Assembly: GCA_965203355.1 (NCBI GenBank)
Contig: OZ241889.1
Coordinates: 1,888,001-1,952,000 of the forward strand
Length of the DNA stretch: 64,000 nt
Origin: Candidatus Latescibacterota bacterium
GTDB lineage: Bacteria > Latescibacterota > UBA2968 > UBA8231
Direction of reading: 5' to 3'
The notes below the pieces were generated by a model. The model had not been told where the DNA came from. It did no database searches and was given only the letters and a program-made list of their open reading frames with translations. Both the position numbers and the translations under genes were made by a program. Within the stretch, counting starts at the first letter, position 1. The number at the start of each line of letters is the position of its first letter. Below are positions 30,856 to 41,059 of this stretch, piece after piece.

Positions 30856-30937
30856 GCGTGTCTCCTTGTATAGGTTTGCCATGCAAAATAAGCTCTATGC
30901 GCTGAATGAAAAACCGCTTTTTACCGCGAGGATACCT

Positions 30938-31702
30938 ATGCGCGCCTTTCAACCCTACGCCTCTTTGGAACGCTACATGGGCCGCCGCCTCTTGGCGCTA
31001 CTGGCCGCGCTGGCCCTAACCGACGTCGTCATTGTGCTGAGCGCGGCGCTGAGTACCGCTTTGGTGGGCACGGCGTCCGGAGGCGAGGTGGTCCGCGCCC
31101 GCGTCCTTGAAATCCTCAACGACGCGGGGCAACCCGTGCTCGTAGCTACGGCTGACGAGCGCCAGAACGGTGCTTTGTGGGTCGGGGCTGGTAATGGCTT
31201 GGGCGGGGTTCGCCTCAGCACCGACGCGCTGGGCCACGGCTTGTTGGTGGTCCAGACGGCGACTGGTGCGCCGCTGATTTCGATTGTGAGCAGCGATCAA
31301 GAGGGCGGTGCGTTGCAAGTGGACAGCGCGGCGGGTGTGCCGTTGGCGTACTTCGGCGCGAGCGAGGTCGGCAGCGGCCACTTGGCCCTGCGGAGCGCGG
31401 CCGGTGGTTTGCTAGTCGCGGCCGGCGAAGACCAGGGCAGTGGCTTGCTGATGGCCAACAATGGCGAGGGCGTCAACATTTTCCTCGCCGGTGCGGATTC
31501 GTCGCAAAACGGCGGCCTGTTGCTCAATAGCCGCACCGGCGACAACCTGATCTACGCGGGTGCCGGTGCCGCTGGCAACGGCGGCTTGCACGTCAACGCC
31601 GCCAATGGAACGCACCTCGTCTTCTTGGGGGCCGATGGGCAGCGCAACGGTGCGGTGGGGATTTGGGACCGCCATGGCGCGGGCCGGGTCTTGCCGAAGT
31701 AG
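30938..31702 (+). CDS. Membrane-anchored protein with ~23-aa Gly-rich beta repeats (hypothetical)
   Basis: N-terminal hydrophobic helix, then repeats of the form GxLxVxxxxGxxLxxxGADxxxN. Confidence 0.65.
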   Translation: MRAFQPYASLERYMGRRLLALLAALALTDVVIVLSAALSTALVGTASGGEVVRARVLEILNDAGQPVLVATADERQNGALWVGAGNGLGGVRLSTDALGHGLLVVQTATGAPLISIVSSDQEGGALQVDSAAGVPLAYFGASEVGSGHLALRSAAGGLLVAAGEDQGSGLLMANNGEGVNIFLAGADSSQNGGLLLNSRTGDNLIYAGAGAAGNGGLHVNAANGTHLVFLGADGQRNGAVGIWDRHGAGRVLPK

Positions 31703-31738
31703 CGTTTGAATCTACTCCGTGCCAGAGCAAGGCAAATC

Positions 31739-34081
31739 ATGGACTCGAGCGACCGATGCTTTAGACGATTCGTCTCGTGCTTGTGTGGGGTTGTCTGCGC
31801 CTTTTTTGCTGAGCCTGCGGGCAGTGCCGACGAAATGCGCTTTGCCACCCGCCGCGACTGGCAGGCTTGGCCGCTGCCCGGCACGGTTGAGCTGACGCCG
31901 CAAGGTTCCCTTAAGCCCGTCGCGGTTCGGCGCGACATTAATGCGTCCCTCAATGCCGCAGCTTTTGGCGGCGGCATCCGCCGTGCGGGTTCCAATCGAC
32001 GCGATGCGCCGCTGGTCGTGGATGGCGATCGCTCCACTGGTTGGTACCCCCATCTGGACGACCCCCCTGAAAGCTGGACCATTGAGATCGATTTGGGGCG
32101 GGGCGTCTCCGCTCGTCGCGTCAAGTTGATCTTCGACCCCGCAGGCCCGGCCCCGCCGCTTTTTGACCTGTTGCTTTCCACGGGCGAACACGCGGTTGAC
32201 GCGGTCGATACCCCCATCGCCGAAAGCGTCATCTACCGTCTGCGCGAGCGTTTCAAGGCGAACACGCGCCACGAGATCACCTATGAACTCGACCAGTCCT
32301 TCCACACGCCGATCCAGTACGTGCGCTTGGATCTGCTCGCCCTCGAAGCGAACACCCGCCTGCTCGAAGTCGAGGTCGAAGCGCTGGGCGACAACATGGC
32401 TTTGGGGATGCTCAAACGCGGCGGCAATCTCGAAGTCGTTCTCGATGCGTTCGTCGCGCAAGACCTCATTCCGCTGGGCAACGCCCAAGTGCTCATCGAC
32501 GGCGACCTCTCCACCCGTTGGTTTGTCCGGCGCACCATCCAGGCCGAGCGCGATGTATTTTCGCACGTCATCCTCGATTTGGGTGCCACCTACTTTGTCG
32601 ATACGTTCAAAATCGTCGGCGGCGTAGTCGCTCGGCCCGGCGGCGGCATCACGGCTGGTAGTGGTCAGGTCATCGACTTCTTCATCTCCCGACGCTCCTT
32701 TGGGTTCAATTTCTACGAAGTGCTCGGTTCCGACGGATCCACGGCGCCCGATGGCACCCTGATCTGGCAGAAGCACTATTCCGGCACGGCGAGCGAATAC
32801 GTCAGACAAGTAACCGGCGCGGCCACCCACGAGTTCGGGCTGGTGCCCACTCGCTTTATCCGGGTGCTGTGGAAGAGCTGGGACGCGAGCAATCGCTGGG
32901 CCTTCCGGGGCTTTGCCGAGGAGCTTCAGGTGTTCGGCGAGGGCTTCCCGCAGAGCTTGGAATTTCGCTCGCATCTGCTTGACTTCCAAGGATCCAAAAG
33001 CCTCAACACCCTATCTTGGCAAGCCGACATCCCGCCGGGAACCCGGCTGGAAATACGCAGCCGCTCGGGCAACGAGATCAAAAACCGCTTCACCTACTAC
33101 GACAAAAACGGCAAGGAAGTCACCGAGAAGCGCTACGGCAAGCTGATTCCGAGCTTCAAGGGGCCTATTGACACGGCCCGGGTCATTGGCGGCGACTGGA
33201 GCGCGTGGAGTAAGCTATACGCCTTCTCTGGCCAAGCGTTTCAATCCCCTTCGCCGCGCCGCTACGCCCAAATTCAGCTGCGGATGGTCGCGGAAGATCC
33301 AGCGCTGGCACTCCAGCTTGACGCGCTCAGCATTGCCTTCAGCGACCCGTTATCCCTCGGTGCGGTCAGCGAAATTTTCCCGACTCAGGTTGCACCGGGC
33401 CAGGAAACCGAGTTTCGCTTTTTCTTGCGCCCGCGTGCGACCCAGGCATCCGGGTTTGACCGCCTCGTCTTGGAGACGCCGACGCCCGCCCGCTTTGTTC
33501 GCGCCTTGGTCAACGACGCGCCCGTAGCGGTTGAGCACCAGCCGGTCAAAGCGGGCTTTGCGGTGACGTTCCCTCAGCCGCTGCGCGACGACGACCTCGT
33601 CGAATTGCGCTTTGCCGCCCCAGTATTTCAGCAGTCCACTCCCTTCGTCCTCTTCATTCAAGACGCGCAGGCTGAGGACGCCGGCCGCCAGCGCGTCGAG
33701 CCCGGGGACGCCACCGACCAAGTCGCCAGCAGCACCAACGTCGTCGGGCTGCCCGTTGCCCGCGACCTCTTGCTCAACGTCGTCTTCGATACCGCCGTGC
33801 TGACGCCCAACGGCGACGGCATAAACGATGTGCTCGCCGTCCACGCCGACGTGATCAACATTCTCGAACCGCGCCCTTGGCACCTGCGGCTCTACGACTT
33901 GGCCGGCCGCGCACTCGTCGAGCGCGGGCAAGCTGTTACCGCAGGTGCTCAGGGCTTCACTTGGAATGGCCGCGACCAAGCCGGCCAACGGGTCCCGCCC
34001 GGTCTCTACGTGCTCGAACTCCACCTCGATGGAGACGCTCAGCAGCAGCGCGTCCGGCGCGTGATTGCCGTGGTGTATTGA
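31739..34081 (+). CDS. Secreted protein with discoidin (F5/8C)-like domains and a C-terminal FlgD-Ig domain
   Basis: VDGDRSTGW..IDLG and IDGDLSTRW..LDLG; TPNGDGIND..WNGRD..GQRVPPGLY. Confidence 0.75.
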   Translation: MDSSDRCFRRFVSCLCGVVCAFFAEPAGSADEMRFATRRDWQAWPLPGTVELTPQGSLKPVAVRRDINASLNAAAFGGGIRRAGSNRRDAPLVVDGDRSTGWYPHLDDPPESWTIEIDLGRGVSARRVKLIFDPAGPAPPLFDLLLSTGEHAVDAVDTPIAESVIYRLRERFKANTRHEITYELDQSFHTPIQYVRLDLLALEANTRLLEVEVEALGDNMALGMLKRGGNLEVVLDAFVAQDLIPLGNAQVLIDGDLSTRWFVRRTIQAERDVFSHVILDLGATYFVDTFKIVGGVVARPGGGITAGSGQVIDFFISRRSFGFNFYEVLGSDGSTAPDGTLIWQKHYSGTASEYVRQVTGAATHEFGLVPTRFIRVLWKSWDASNRWAFRGFAEELQVFGEGFPQSLEFRSHLLDFQGSKSLNTLSWQADIPPGTRLEIRSRSGNEIKNRFTYYDKNGKEVTEKRYGKLIPSFKGPIDTARVIGGDWSAWSKLYAFSGQAFQSPSPRRYAQIQLRMVAEDPALALQLDALSIAFSDPLSLGAVSEIFPTQVAPGQETEFRFFLRPRATQASGFDRLVLETPTPARFVRALVNDAPVAVEHQPVKAGFAVTFPQPLRDDDLVELRFAAPVFQQSTPFVLFIQDAQAEDAGRQRVEPGDATDQVASSTNVVGLPVARDLLLNVVFDTAVLTPNGDGINDVLAVHADVINILEPRPWHLRLYDLAGRALVERGQAVTAGAQGFTWNGRDQAGQRVPPGLYVLELHLDGDAQQQRVRRVIAVVY

Positions 34082-34088
34082 AGCGGCC

Positions 34089-34184
34089 CATTCACCTTTG
34101 GAGCCAAGATGATAAAAGAGTACCGTCCGCCGCCATTTTCCGCGGCCCACAGAAGCGGTCCTGCACGCTGCGCGGCCGCGGCGA
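34089..34184 (+). repeat. Deletion-eroded duplicate of the 5' end of the RraA-family gene (35576-35719)
   Basis: Identical blocks of 31 nt and 44 nt, separated by short deletions. Confidence 0.9.
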
Positions 34185-34325
34185 CACCGGCGACGCAGCG
34201 AAGATGGCGGGTAGCCGGTTGCTCTCTTTGCGATCGTGCGGGAGGGGTGGTTCCCGTGCTGATGGCTTGCAATTTCGGCGGCGATCACGAGTCGTTGCGG
34301 ATCAACAGAAATAGAATAAGACCAT

Positions 34326-34353
34326 CCCGCATCCTTCAGGCTTAGGATGCGGG
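34326..34353. terminator. Inverted repeat overlapping the stop of the second AAA/DUF4143 gene
   Basis: CCCGCATCCT-N8-AGGATGCGGG perfect 10-bp stem. Confidence 0.4.
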
Positions 34354-35511
34354 CAGGCACTTCAGCAACCCTTGGACGGAGACGGCCCGGACGCCTGGAC
34401 AGAGCGCAGACAGGTTTTGCATATCGGGCGATGGCTGATACACGACTAGACGCTCGACTTCATATTCGTCAATGGCCTTATCTAGGCGCAACAGGGACCG
34501 GGCCGATATAGGGGCCACGGTACGTCCGGCCTTGGCTTCGACCAGCAACAGACGGGCGGGGCCAGAGGGTACGAGAAAATCGACCTCTAGTCCCTGCTGA
34601 TCGCGGAAGTAATACAATTCCCGGCGGTGGGCGGTATTGAGTTGATGCTTGGCGATTTCCGCGGCGATGAAGCTTTCAAAGAGCGCACCATAAAAAGGAG
34701 AAGTACGCAGGTCGGCGGCGGTCTCAATACCGAGGAGGTGGCAAGCCAAGCCCGAGTCGGCTAGGTATATTTTGGGCGATTTGATGAGCCGCTTGCCAAA
34801 GTTGCGGTAAAAGGGCGGCACCAAAATGATCTGGGCGGTGATTTCGAGGATGTTCAGCCAAGCGGAAATCGTCGGCACAGATAGCCCGAGCGGCGCGGCT
34901 AAGTCGGTCTTGTTGAGGATTTGGCCGCAGCGGCTGGCCACCAGCGCAATGAAGCGGCGGAAGGTGGCTAAGTCGCCAATGGCACTGACGGCCCGCACAT
35001 CTCGCTCCAGATAGGTCTGGACGTACGAGGCGAACCAAGTGCGGGCCGCCGCGGGCCGGGCCAACACTTCGGGGAAGCCGCCTCTGAGCAGGGAGGTCGC
35101 GGGGGTTTCCTGCACGGACATGGGCATGAGCTGGAAGACCGCCACCCGCCCGGCCATGGATTCGGTCACGCCACGCATGAGAGGTGCTTCTTGCGAGCCA
35201 GTGAGAATCCACTGGCCCATCTGGTCGGCGTGCGCGTCAATGCGGGTGCGAATATAGCCGAGTAGTTCGGGGACGTTCTGGATTTCGTCCAAGATAACGG
35301 GCGGGCGAATCGCGTCGAGAAAGGCCCGGGGGTCCGAGCGCAAGCGGGCGATGATATCGGGATCTTCGACTAGGTAGTACTCAGCCCGGGGAAACAGATG
35401 GCGCAATAGGGTGGTCTTGCCGGCGCGGCGCGGGCCGGTCAGGAGCACCGCGGGAAAGTGCCGAAAGGCTTGGCGGAGTTCGGGTTCAAGGAGGCGCGAG
35501 ATGTATTTCAT
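34342..35511 (-). CDS. AAA_14 ATPase with DUF4143
   Basis: GPRRAGKT, LDEIQ, LTGSQ, GGFP, YLERDV, KSPKIYLADSGL, EVDF..EAK. Confidence 0.9.
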   Translation of the reverse strand: MKYISRLLEPELRQAFRHFPAVLLTGPRRAGKTTLLRHLFPRAEYYLVEDPDIIARLRSDPRAFLDAIRPPVILDEIQNVPELLGYIRTRIDAHADQMGQWILTGSQEAPLMRGVTESMAGRVAVFQLMPMSVQETPATSLLRGGFPEVLARPAAARTWFASYVQTYLERDVRAVSAIGDLATFRRFIALVASRCGQILNKTDLAAPLGLSVPTISAWLNILEITAQIILVPPFYRNFGKRLIKSPKIYLADSGLACHLLGIETAADLRTSPFYGALFESFIAAEIAKHQLNTAHRRELYYFRDQQGLEVDFLVPSGPARLLLVEAKAGRTVAPISARSLLRLDKAIDEYEVERLVVYQPSPDMQNLSALCPGVRAVSVQGLLKCLPAS

Positions 35512-35595
35512 GTTTGAGAAATATGAAGTAATACCTTAGAAAACTCAATCTAAAATTTGACAACTACCTTTCTCTCATTCACCTTTGGAGCCAAG

Positions 35596-36285
35596 ATGAT
35601 AAAAGACCCGCCGCTACTTACCGTCCGCCGCCATTTTCCGCGGCCCACAGAAGCGGTCCTGCGCGCGCTGCGCCATGTTCCCACTGGCTTTATCGTCGAT
35701 TGCATGCGCGGCCGCGGCGCGCTCGACTACCGCATCAAGCCGCTCGATTCCAATACCTGCCAGTTCGTCGCACCCATCGTCACCTGTCATCCGGGGCCGG
35801 GCGACAACCTCGCGGTCTTTGCCGCGCTCGAGATCGCGCAGCGAGGGGACGCGATCTTCATCGCCACGGATACCTTCACCAAGACAGCGGTGGCCGGGGA
35901 CAACATGATGGCCATGGGGCGCAACCGCGGCATCACCGGCTTTGTCACCGACGGCCTGATGCGCGACATAGATGGGATCTTGCCGGTTGGTTTGCCCGCC
36001 TTTTGCCGGGGCATTACGCCCAACTCCTGTACCCGCAATGGCCCGGGCACGGCCGGGATGCCGGTGGTCATGGGCGGGATCTGCGTGGATGCGGGCGAGA
36101 TCGCGGTTGCCGACCGCGACGGGGTCGTGGTCATTCCCCACGACCAGTTCGATCACGTCTGTGCAACGCTGCCCCAAGTACGCGAGGCCGAGGAAAATCT
36201 CGCTCGCCAGGTCCGCTTAGGTTTGGACAATATGGCGGAGATGCGCGCGTTGCTCGACTCGGACCGCACCGAGCACGTCGACTAA
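35596..36285 (+). CDS. RraA family / HMG-CHA aldolase-like protein
   Basis: GDNLA, GDNM, VTDGLMRD, ADRDGVVVIP. Confidence 0.85.
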   Translation: MIKDPPLLTVRRHFPRPTEAVLRALRHVPTGFIVDCMRGRGALDYRIKPLDSNTCQFVAPIVTCHPGPGDNLAVFAALEIAQRGDAIFIATDTFTKTAVAGDNMMAMGRNRGITGFVTDGLMRDIDGILPVGLPAFCRGITPNSCTRNGPGTAGMPVVMGGICVDAGEIAVADRDGVVVIPHDQFDHVCATLPQVREAEENLARQVRLGLDNMAEMRALLDSDRTEHVD

Positions 36286-38282
36286 TTTTCGCTGATCACC
36301 AAGCTCGGCTGGTCGAGTGCTACCGCAGGCAACCGCTCGGCCTGTAGCTCTTCTGCGGTCCCGTCGGCTAGGCGGTAAAGCCGCGCCGGTCCCGCCAGCT
36401 CAGTAGCAGGAGCCACCGCTCCGGCGTCCGCTGGTAATAGCAGGGCCAACGTGCGGGTCGGTCCGCGGAGCAGCCGCGCTGTTGCGCGGTCGCCCGCTGC
36501 GCTAGCCGCCTCGGGAAAGGACACGCGGAAGCGTTGCAGCAGGGCGTTGAGGCACCGCAAGACGCCAAAGACGGGGCGGGGATTGCACCGGGGATCCAAA
36601 AGCCCCCGGCCGACCTCCATGGTGCGATCCAGATCGATAAAAGGCTCGACAAAAAGCCGCGCCCTCGGCAGCAACGCCGTGGCAAAAAGCGCCTCGGCGG
36701 CCCGGACGGCATCGTCTTGGTCGCTTTGCCCCGGCAACTCAAAGAGCAAATCCAGCCGCCCCATCGTGGCCAAGGCACGTACCTCGCGCCAAGCCAAGGC
36801 ATCTTCCCAAGGGGCCGTTGCGTCCAGTCGGCACAGGGCTGCTTCTATCCATGTATCCGCGTCCTGCAATCGCCGGTCGAGTTGGACTATTTCGTCGGGT
36901 CGGTAGCCGATTCGGGTGCGGGGGTGCTGCTTGCCGGCTAGCTGTTGGCCGGGGAGCACCGGGGCCAAAGACAGCCGCAAGTTGCGGTGGTAGCTCTTGA
37001 ACAAATACAGACACGCCGACGAGGGCCAAGGTGCCCCCGGCGTCTGGATTTCCCAAGTATCCACTTGGTCGCGGCGACTTTCCAAGATGGACTCGTACGG
37101 CGTGGCTTCGTCGTCGAGAATGGTCGCCTGCACTTGGACGCCTTGGCGGCGCAAAAAGCGCAGGCGGTCGCCGGACGAAGCCAAATCGGTCCAAGGGCAG
37201 CGCAGGGCTTGTGCGCCCAACTCCAGACAAGCCAACAGGGGATAGTCGTTGCGCACGGGCTGACGCACTACCGAGGGAAAGGTTATGGGGACTTCCGTTT
37301 CCCAGCCTAGTGGGTGGGTTGCGGTCAGCCCTAATGGAGCCCCGCCCAAATCGGCGGTCGCTGGGGTGAGCAATCGCCGCGGACCCGATGGCCCGTTTTG
37401 TGCCCCGGCCGTGCGGATTAGGTGGATGTCGAGTCGGTTGTGGCGCAGACGACAGAGGAAAAAACCCAACTTGGGCTGGTCGTCGCGGCCCTGCTCGGGC
37501 GGTGGTGCGCTGCTGAACAAATGGCTAAAACCGGGCCGCGTAAAAGAAGTGGAAGGGACGGTGCGATAGTGCAAGGCGCTGGCCGGTTCGCAAAAGGCAA
37601 AATGCACGTGGGCCGCAAAGAGCCAAGCTACCCGGTGGGCGGCCAGCAATTGTAGCAGCCACGTGCGGGCTGGTTCGCCGATGTTGTCGTAGTGGCCTAC
37701 ATGCGGCTCGGTGGGGGTGTGCAAGTAGGGCGGCAAGTGCAAAAATACCGCGATGCGCGTCTGGGCGTGTGCGGCTAAGTCGGCTTCCAACCAAGCCCTT
37801 TGCTCTTCCTCGGCTGGCAGGCTGGTGTTCAGGATCTGGCTGTTGAGCACCACCACGTGCAGGTCGTGATAGTCAAAGCTGTACCAAGACGGACCAAAGC
37901 GCCGGTGGTAGGCGTCCAAGCCTTCGGGCGCGACCGGATGCGTGGGCATGGTGGGATCGGGTTTGTCGCCCACGTCGTGATTGCCAGCGACCCAGCGCGG
38001 CTGCACACCGCAGGCGGCTATCTGCGCGAGGGCTTGGTCTAAGGCCGGGCCAAAGCCCGCGCTTTGCGGGTACTCCTGCACCACGTCGCCCATGTGGACG
38101 ACAAAATCCGGCTCCAAGGCGGCTACCAAGCGCAAAGCCGCGTCCGCCCGTCGGCTCTGTTGGGCGCGGGAGCGGAATTCGTCCATTCCGACGCCCCCGG
38201 CTAGCGCATAGTGGGTATCGGCGATGACGACAAATTCGCCTAGGGCCTCGGGCAACAGCGTGCGGTCGAATAGGATGGACAT
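36282..38282 (-). CDS. Calcineurin-like metallophosphoesterase with a long unknown C-terminal domain
   Basis: DTH, GD, GNHD, H, AHVH motifs. Confidence 0.8.
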   Translation of the reverse strand: MSILFDRTLLPEALGEFVVIADTHYALAGGVGMDEFRSRAQQSRRADAALRLVAALEPDFVVHMGDVVQEYPQSAGFGPALDQALAQIAACGVQPRWVAGNHDVGDKPDPTMPTHPVAPEGLDAYHRRFGPSWYSFDYHDLHVVVLNSQILNTSLPAEEEQRAWLEADLAAHAQTRIAVFLHLPPYLHTPTEPHVGHYDNIGEPARTWLLQLLAAHRVAWLFAAHVHFAFCEPASALHYRTVPSTSFTRPGFSHLFSSAPPPEQGRDDQPKLGFFLCRLRHNRLDIHLIRTAGAQNGPSGPRRLLTPATADLGGAPLGLTATHPLGWETEVPITFPSVVRQPVRNDYPLLACLELGAQALRCPWTDLASSGDRLRFLRRQGVQVQATILDDEATPYESILESRRDQVDTWEIQTPGAPWPSSACLYLFKSYHRNLRLSLAPVLPGQQLAGKQHPRTRIGYRPDEIVQLDRRLQDADTWIEAALCRLDATAPWEDALAWREVRALATMGRLDLLFELPGQSDQDDAVRAAEALFATALLPRARLFVEPFIDLDRTMEVGRGLLDPRCNPRPVFGVLRCLNALLQRFRVSFPEAASAAGDRATARLLRGPTRTLALLLPADAGAVAPATELAGPARLYRLADGTAEELQAERLPAVALDQPSLVISEN

Positions 38283-38286
38283 AGCG

Positions 38287-40017
38287 TTATCTAACGGGGC
38301 GCAAATTGAGCAATACCAACAGCCAAGACCGCGCCCAATACGAAGTGTTCATGTAGGGGTTCTCGGCCGAAGGCCAGCCCGTCCAGTACGTCTCGTTGAC
38401 TGGAATCCGGTGCGGCCACTGCACGAGCGGAATCGCCGGTAGCTCGGCCAGCCAAATGGCCATGGCCTGCCGGTAAATCGCCATCATCTCGGGCGCGTCG
38501 TTGGGCGTCTGCGCCATGCGATCGACTAGCGCGTCGAAATCGGCGTTTTGCCAGCGCCAGTAGTGCTCGGCCGGCTCGCCGGTCGGTCTGGCGAAGCGGC
38601 TGTGGTAGTGGCTCAGCACTTGGTAGGGATCGCGCATGGAGCTTAGGTTGCCAAACATAAAAGCGCGTGCCTCGCCTTGGGCCACCCGCGAAGTGTAATC
38701 CGCCGTCATGCGGAATGAGGCGTCGAAACCCGCCGCTTGGAGCTGGGCGACCAAAACCGGCGTCAGGTCTTGGAAGTGCGCGAAGATGTCGATGACGAGC
38801 GACAACGCCGCGCCGTCCTTCGTCCAGAAGCCATCCGCCCCCCGCATCCATCCCTTGCGCGACAGAATCGCCGCGGTGCGCGCGGTGTCGTGGACGCCGA
38901 TCTCGTAGCGGTCGATTAGATCCGCGGCCGCGGCAAAGTAGGGCTGCATTTGCGGCACGTCTGGCAGCGGCAACAGCGCGTAGTCGCCCGAGTTCTGCCA
39001 GCCGATTTCGACTAGCTGTTGGCGGTTGATGGCGAAGTGGATCGCCCGGCGGATTTCGGGATCGTCGAAAGGGGCCTCCATATTGTTAAACCCGAGCGCA
39101 ACGGCCCACGGCGTCATGTAGCTATAGGGCGGCTCGCGCCCGGTCCAGGTGCTCATTTTGTCGTGTTGTTCGAGCAGGGTAATGATGTTGGACGGGCGGA
39201 GTTCCAAACAGGTGTCGAGCTTGTTGGCCAGCAGGCTCTGCACTCGCTGGTGTTCTTCCATATAGGGCAGAAAGATCAACCGCTCGACTTGTGGCAGCGC
39301 GTGGAAGCCGACCTGGGCCGCCCACCAGTCTGGCCGCCGATCCCAGATCCGCTGCGCTGGCTCCGACAGTGCAATGCGATACGGCCCGGTGACCACCGGC
39401 TCGTAATTGGCAAAGCGCAAGGGATCTTGTCCCTCCCAGATATGTTTGGGGACGATAGGCACTCCGTTGCCGTGGTTGTGGGTGAAATAACTGAACAGAA
39501 AGCGCGGGTTCGGCGACTTGAGGACGATCTTGGCCGTCAAGCTGTCGAGCGCCACGGCCTTTTGGACCGCGGTCTCCATGTCCGTTGAGAACACCAGATT
39601 CGGCGCGTGTTCTTTGAGCATATTGACCGTAAAGACAAAGTCGTGCGCGGTCCACGGCTGCCCGTCGCTCCACGCCACGCCCGGACGTATATTGACCACG
39701 ACTTCGGTGTAGTCGGCGTTAAATCGGTGTCCGGTGGCGATCCACGGCAGCGGTTCGGCGTCGGCCTGGTAGCCGTTGAAGAAGTAGAGTGGCTCGTAGA
39801 GAAACTGATAGCCGATCCGCGAGATTCCGCCCGGCACGAAGGGGTTGAAGGTGTTGTAGTCTTGGATCTGGCCGCCGCAGGTGTTGCTCTCGGCGCAATC
39901 GACGATCAGGGTGCGGTGGCGCGGCACTTGCCGCAAACCGTCCGGCGTTTGTTCGTTGCCACAGGCTACCAAAACGAGGCCGCAGCCGAGGGCCCAATGC
40001 CTAGCGCGTTTTCTCAT
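38287..40017 (-). CDS. ABC peptide/oligosaccharide substrate-binding lipoprotein (SBP family 5)
   Basis: Lipobox LVAC, WSDGQPWTAHDFVFT, TGPY, IRRAI..AINR. Confidence 0.88.
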   Translation of the reverse strand: MRKRARHWALGCGLVLVACGNEQTPDGLRQVPRHRTLIVDCAESNTCGGQIQDYNTFNPFVPGGISRIGYQFLYEPLYFFNGYQADAEPLPWIATGHRFNADYTEVVVNIRPGVAWSDGQPWTAHDFVFTVNMLKEHAPNLVFSTDMETAVQKAVALDSLTAKIVLKSPNPRFLFSYFTHNHGNGVPIVPKHIWEGQDPLRFANYEPVVTGPYRIALSEPAQRIWDRRPDWWAAQVGFHALPQVERLIFLPYMEEHQRVQSLLANKLDTCLELRPSNIITLLEQHDKMSTWTGREPPYSYMTPWAVALGFNNMEAPFDDPEIRRAIHFAINRQQLVEIGWQNSGDYALLPLPDVPQMQPYFAAAADLIDRYEIGVHDTARTAAILSRKGWMRGADGFWTKDGAALSLVIDIFAHFQDLTPVLVAQLQAAGFDASFRMTADYTSRVAQGEARAFMFGNLSSMRDPYQVLSHYHSRFARPTGEPAEHYWRWQNADFDALVDRMAQTPNDAPEMMAIYRQAMAIWLAELPAIPLVQWPHRIPVNETYWTGWPSAENPYMNTSYWARSWLLVLLNLRPVR

Positions 40018-40195
40018 ATTCGCCTTTTTGTGCGAGACTTTAGTTGTACTGCGTTTAGGTAACATAACGCGCCGCGTTGTCGGCTGTCCATATCTGCTTT
40101 TGCGCCGTCCCTTGAGCGCGTGGACCGCGTGCTTTAATATGGAGTCCGCCTTTCTTTTGCCATCGAGTTATAGTAGATAAAAGGGAGTTAAATCC

Positions 40196-41059
40196 ATGAG
40201 TAAGCTACCGCGTCGCAAGATGGGGCGCACGGGCATGCAGCCCCGAGCACTCGGCATGGGCGCCGCTTTTGTCGGTGCATCTGGCGAGGCCGAGACCATC
40301 GCCACGATCGAACGTGCGCTCGATTTGGGTATCGACTATTTCGACAGCTATGCTGGCCGCAACGAGGAGCACTGGGGGAAGGCGTTAGCTGGCGTTGAGC
40401 GGTCGAGCTATTACATGCAGGCCAAGGTCGGCCCGCACCCGGAGCGTCCCAAGGATTTTTCCGCCGAGGCCACGCGCTGGAGCGTCGAACAAAGCCTGCA
40501 ATCGCTTCGCGTCAATTACCTCGACGCCGTGCTCGTCCACGACCCACCCGATGTGGCCGATCCGTTAGGCCCCGGTCGCGCCTTTGATGAGCTGCAGAAG
40601 ATGAAGGAAGAGGGTTTGGTGCGCCACATTGGTTTGGGGGTCCGCGACCACGACTTCCACCGCGCCGCCATTGAGGCTGGCCACGCCGAGATTGTCCTCG
40701 CGTTTCTCGACTACACGCTGCTCGACCAGTCCGTCGCCCGCACCACCATGCGCTTGGCCAAAAAGCACGGCACGGGTCTGATCTTGGCCAGCGTCTTCGG
40801 CATGGGTCGCTTGACCGGCATTGAGCCGGACCGGGCGGCTGAGCCGCGTGCGCACGCGATGTGGGCGTGGTGCCAAGCGCAGGATGTGGACATCAAGCAC
40901 TTGGCCATGCAGTTCTGTCTTGACGCGCCCATCAACGGCATCGTCATGAGCGGCCCAGCCGACCGCTATCAGCTTCAGGACGCGTACGACGCAGCGACGC
41001 AGGAAGTGCCCACCGAAATTTGGGAGGCGTTTGAGGAACGGTTTGGTTTTGGGATTTAG
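40196..41059 (+). CDS. Aldo/keto reductase
   Basis: GIDYFD, SLQSLRVNYLD..VHD, KEEGLVRHIGLG. Confidence 0.88.
   Translation: MSKLPRRKMGRTGMQPRALGMGAAFVGASGEAETIATIERALDLGIDYFDSYAGRNEEHWGKALAGVERSSYYMQAKVGPHPERPKDFSAEATRWSVEQSLQSLRVNYLDAVLVHDPPDVADPLGPGRAFDELQKMKEEGLVRHIGLGVRDHDFHRAAIEAGHAEIVLAFLDYTLLDQSVARTTMRLAKKHGTGLILASVFGMGRLTGIEPDRAAEPRAHAMWAWCQAQDVDIKHLAMQFCLDAPINGIVMSGPADRYQLQDAYDAATQEVPTEIWEAFEERFGFGI

Noticed and set aside
14609-34360. Long antisense or alternate-frame ORFs (e.g. 14609-15598, 15758-16738, 20047-21267, 31712-32989, 33350-34360)
   Set aside because: Shadow ORFs of well-supported genes in GC-rich DNA, without recognisable motifs
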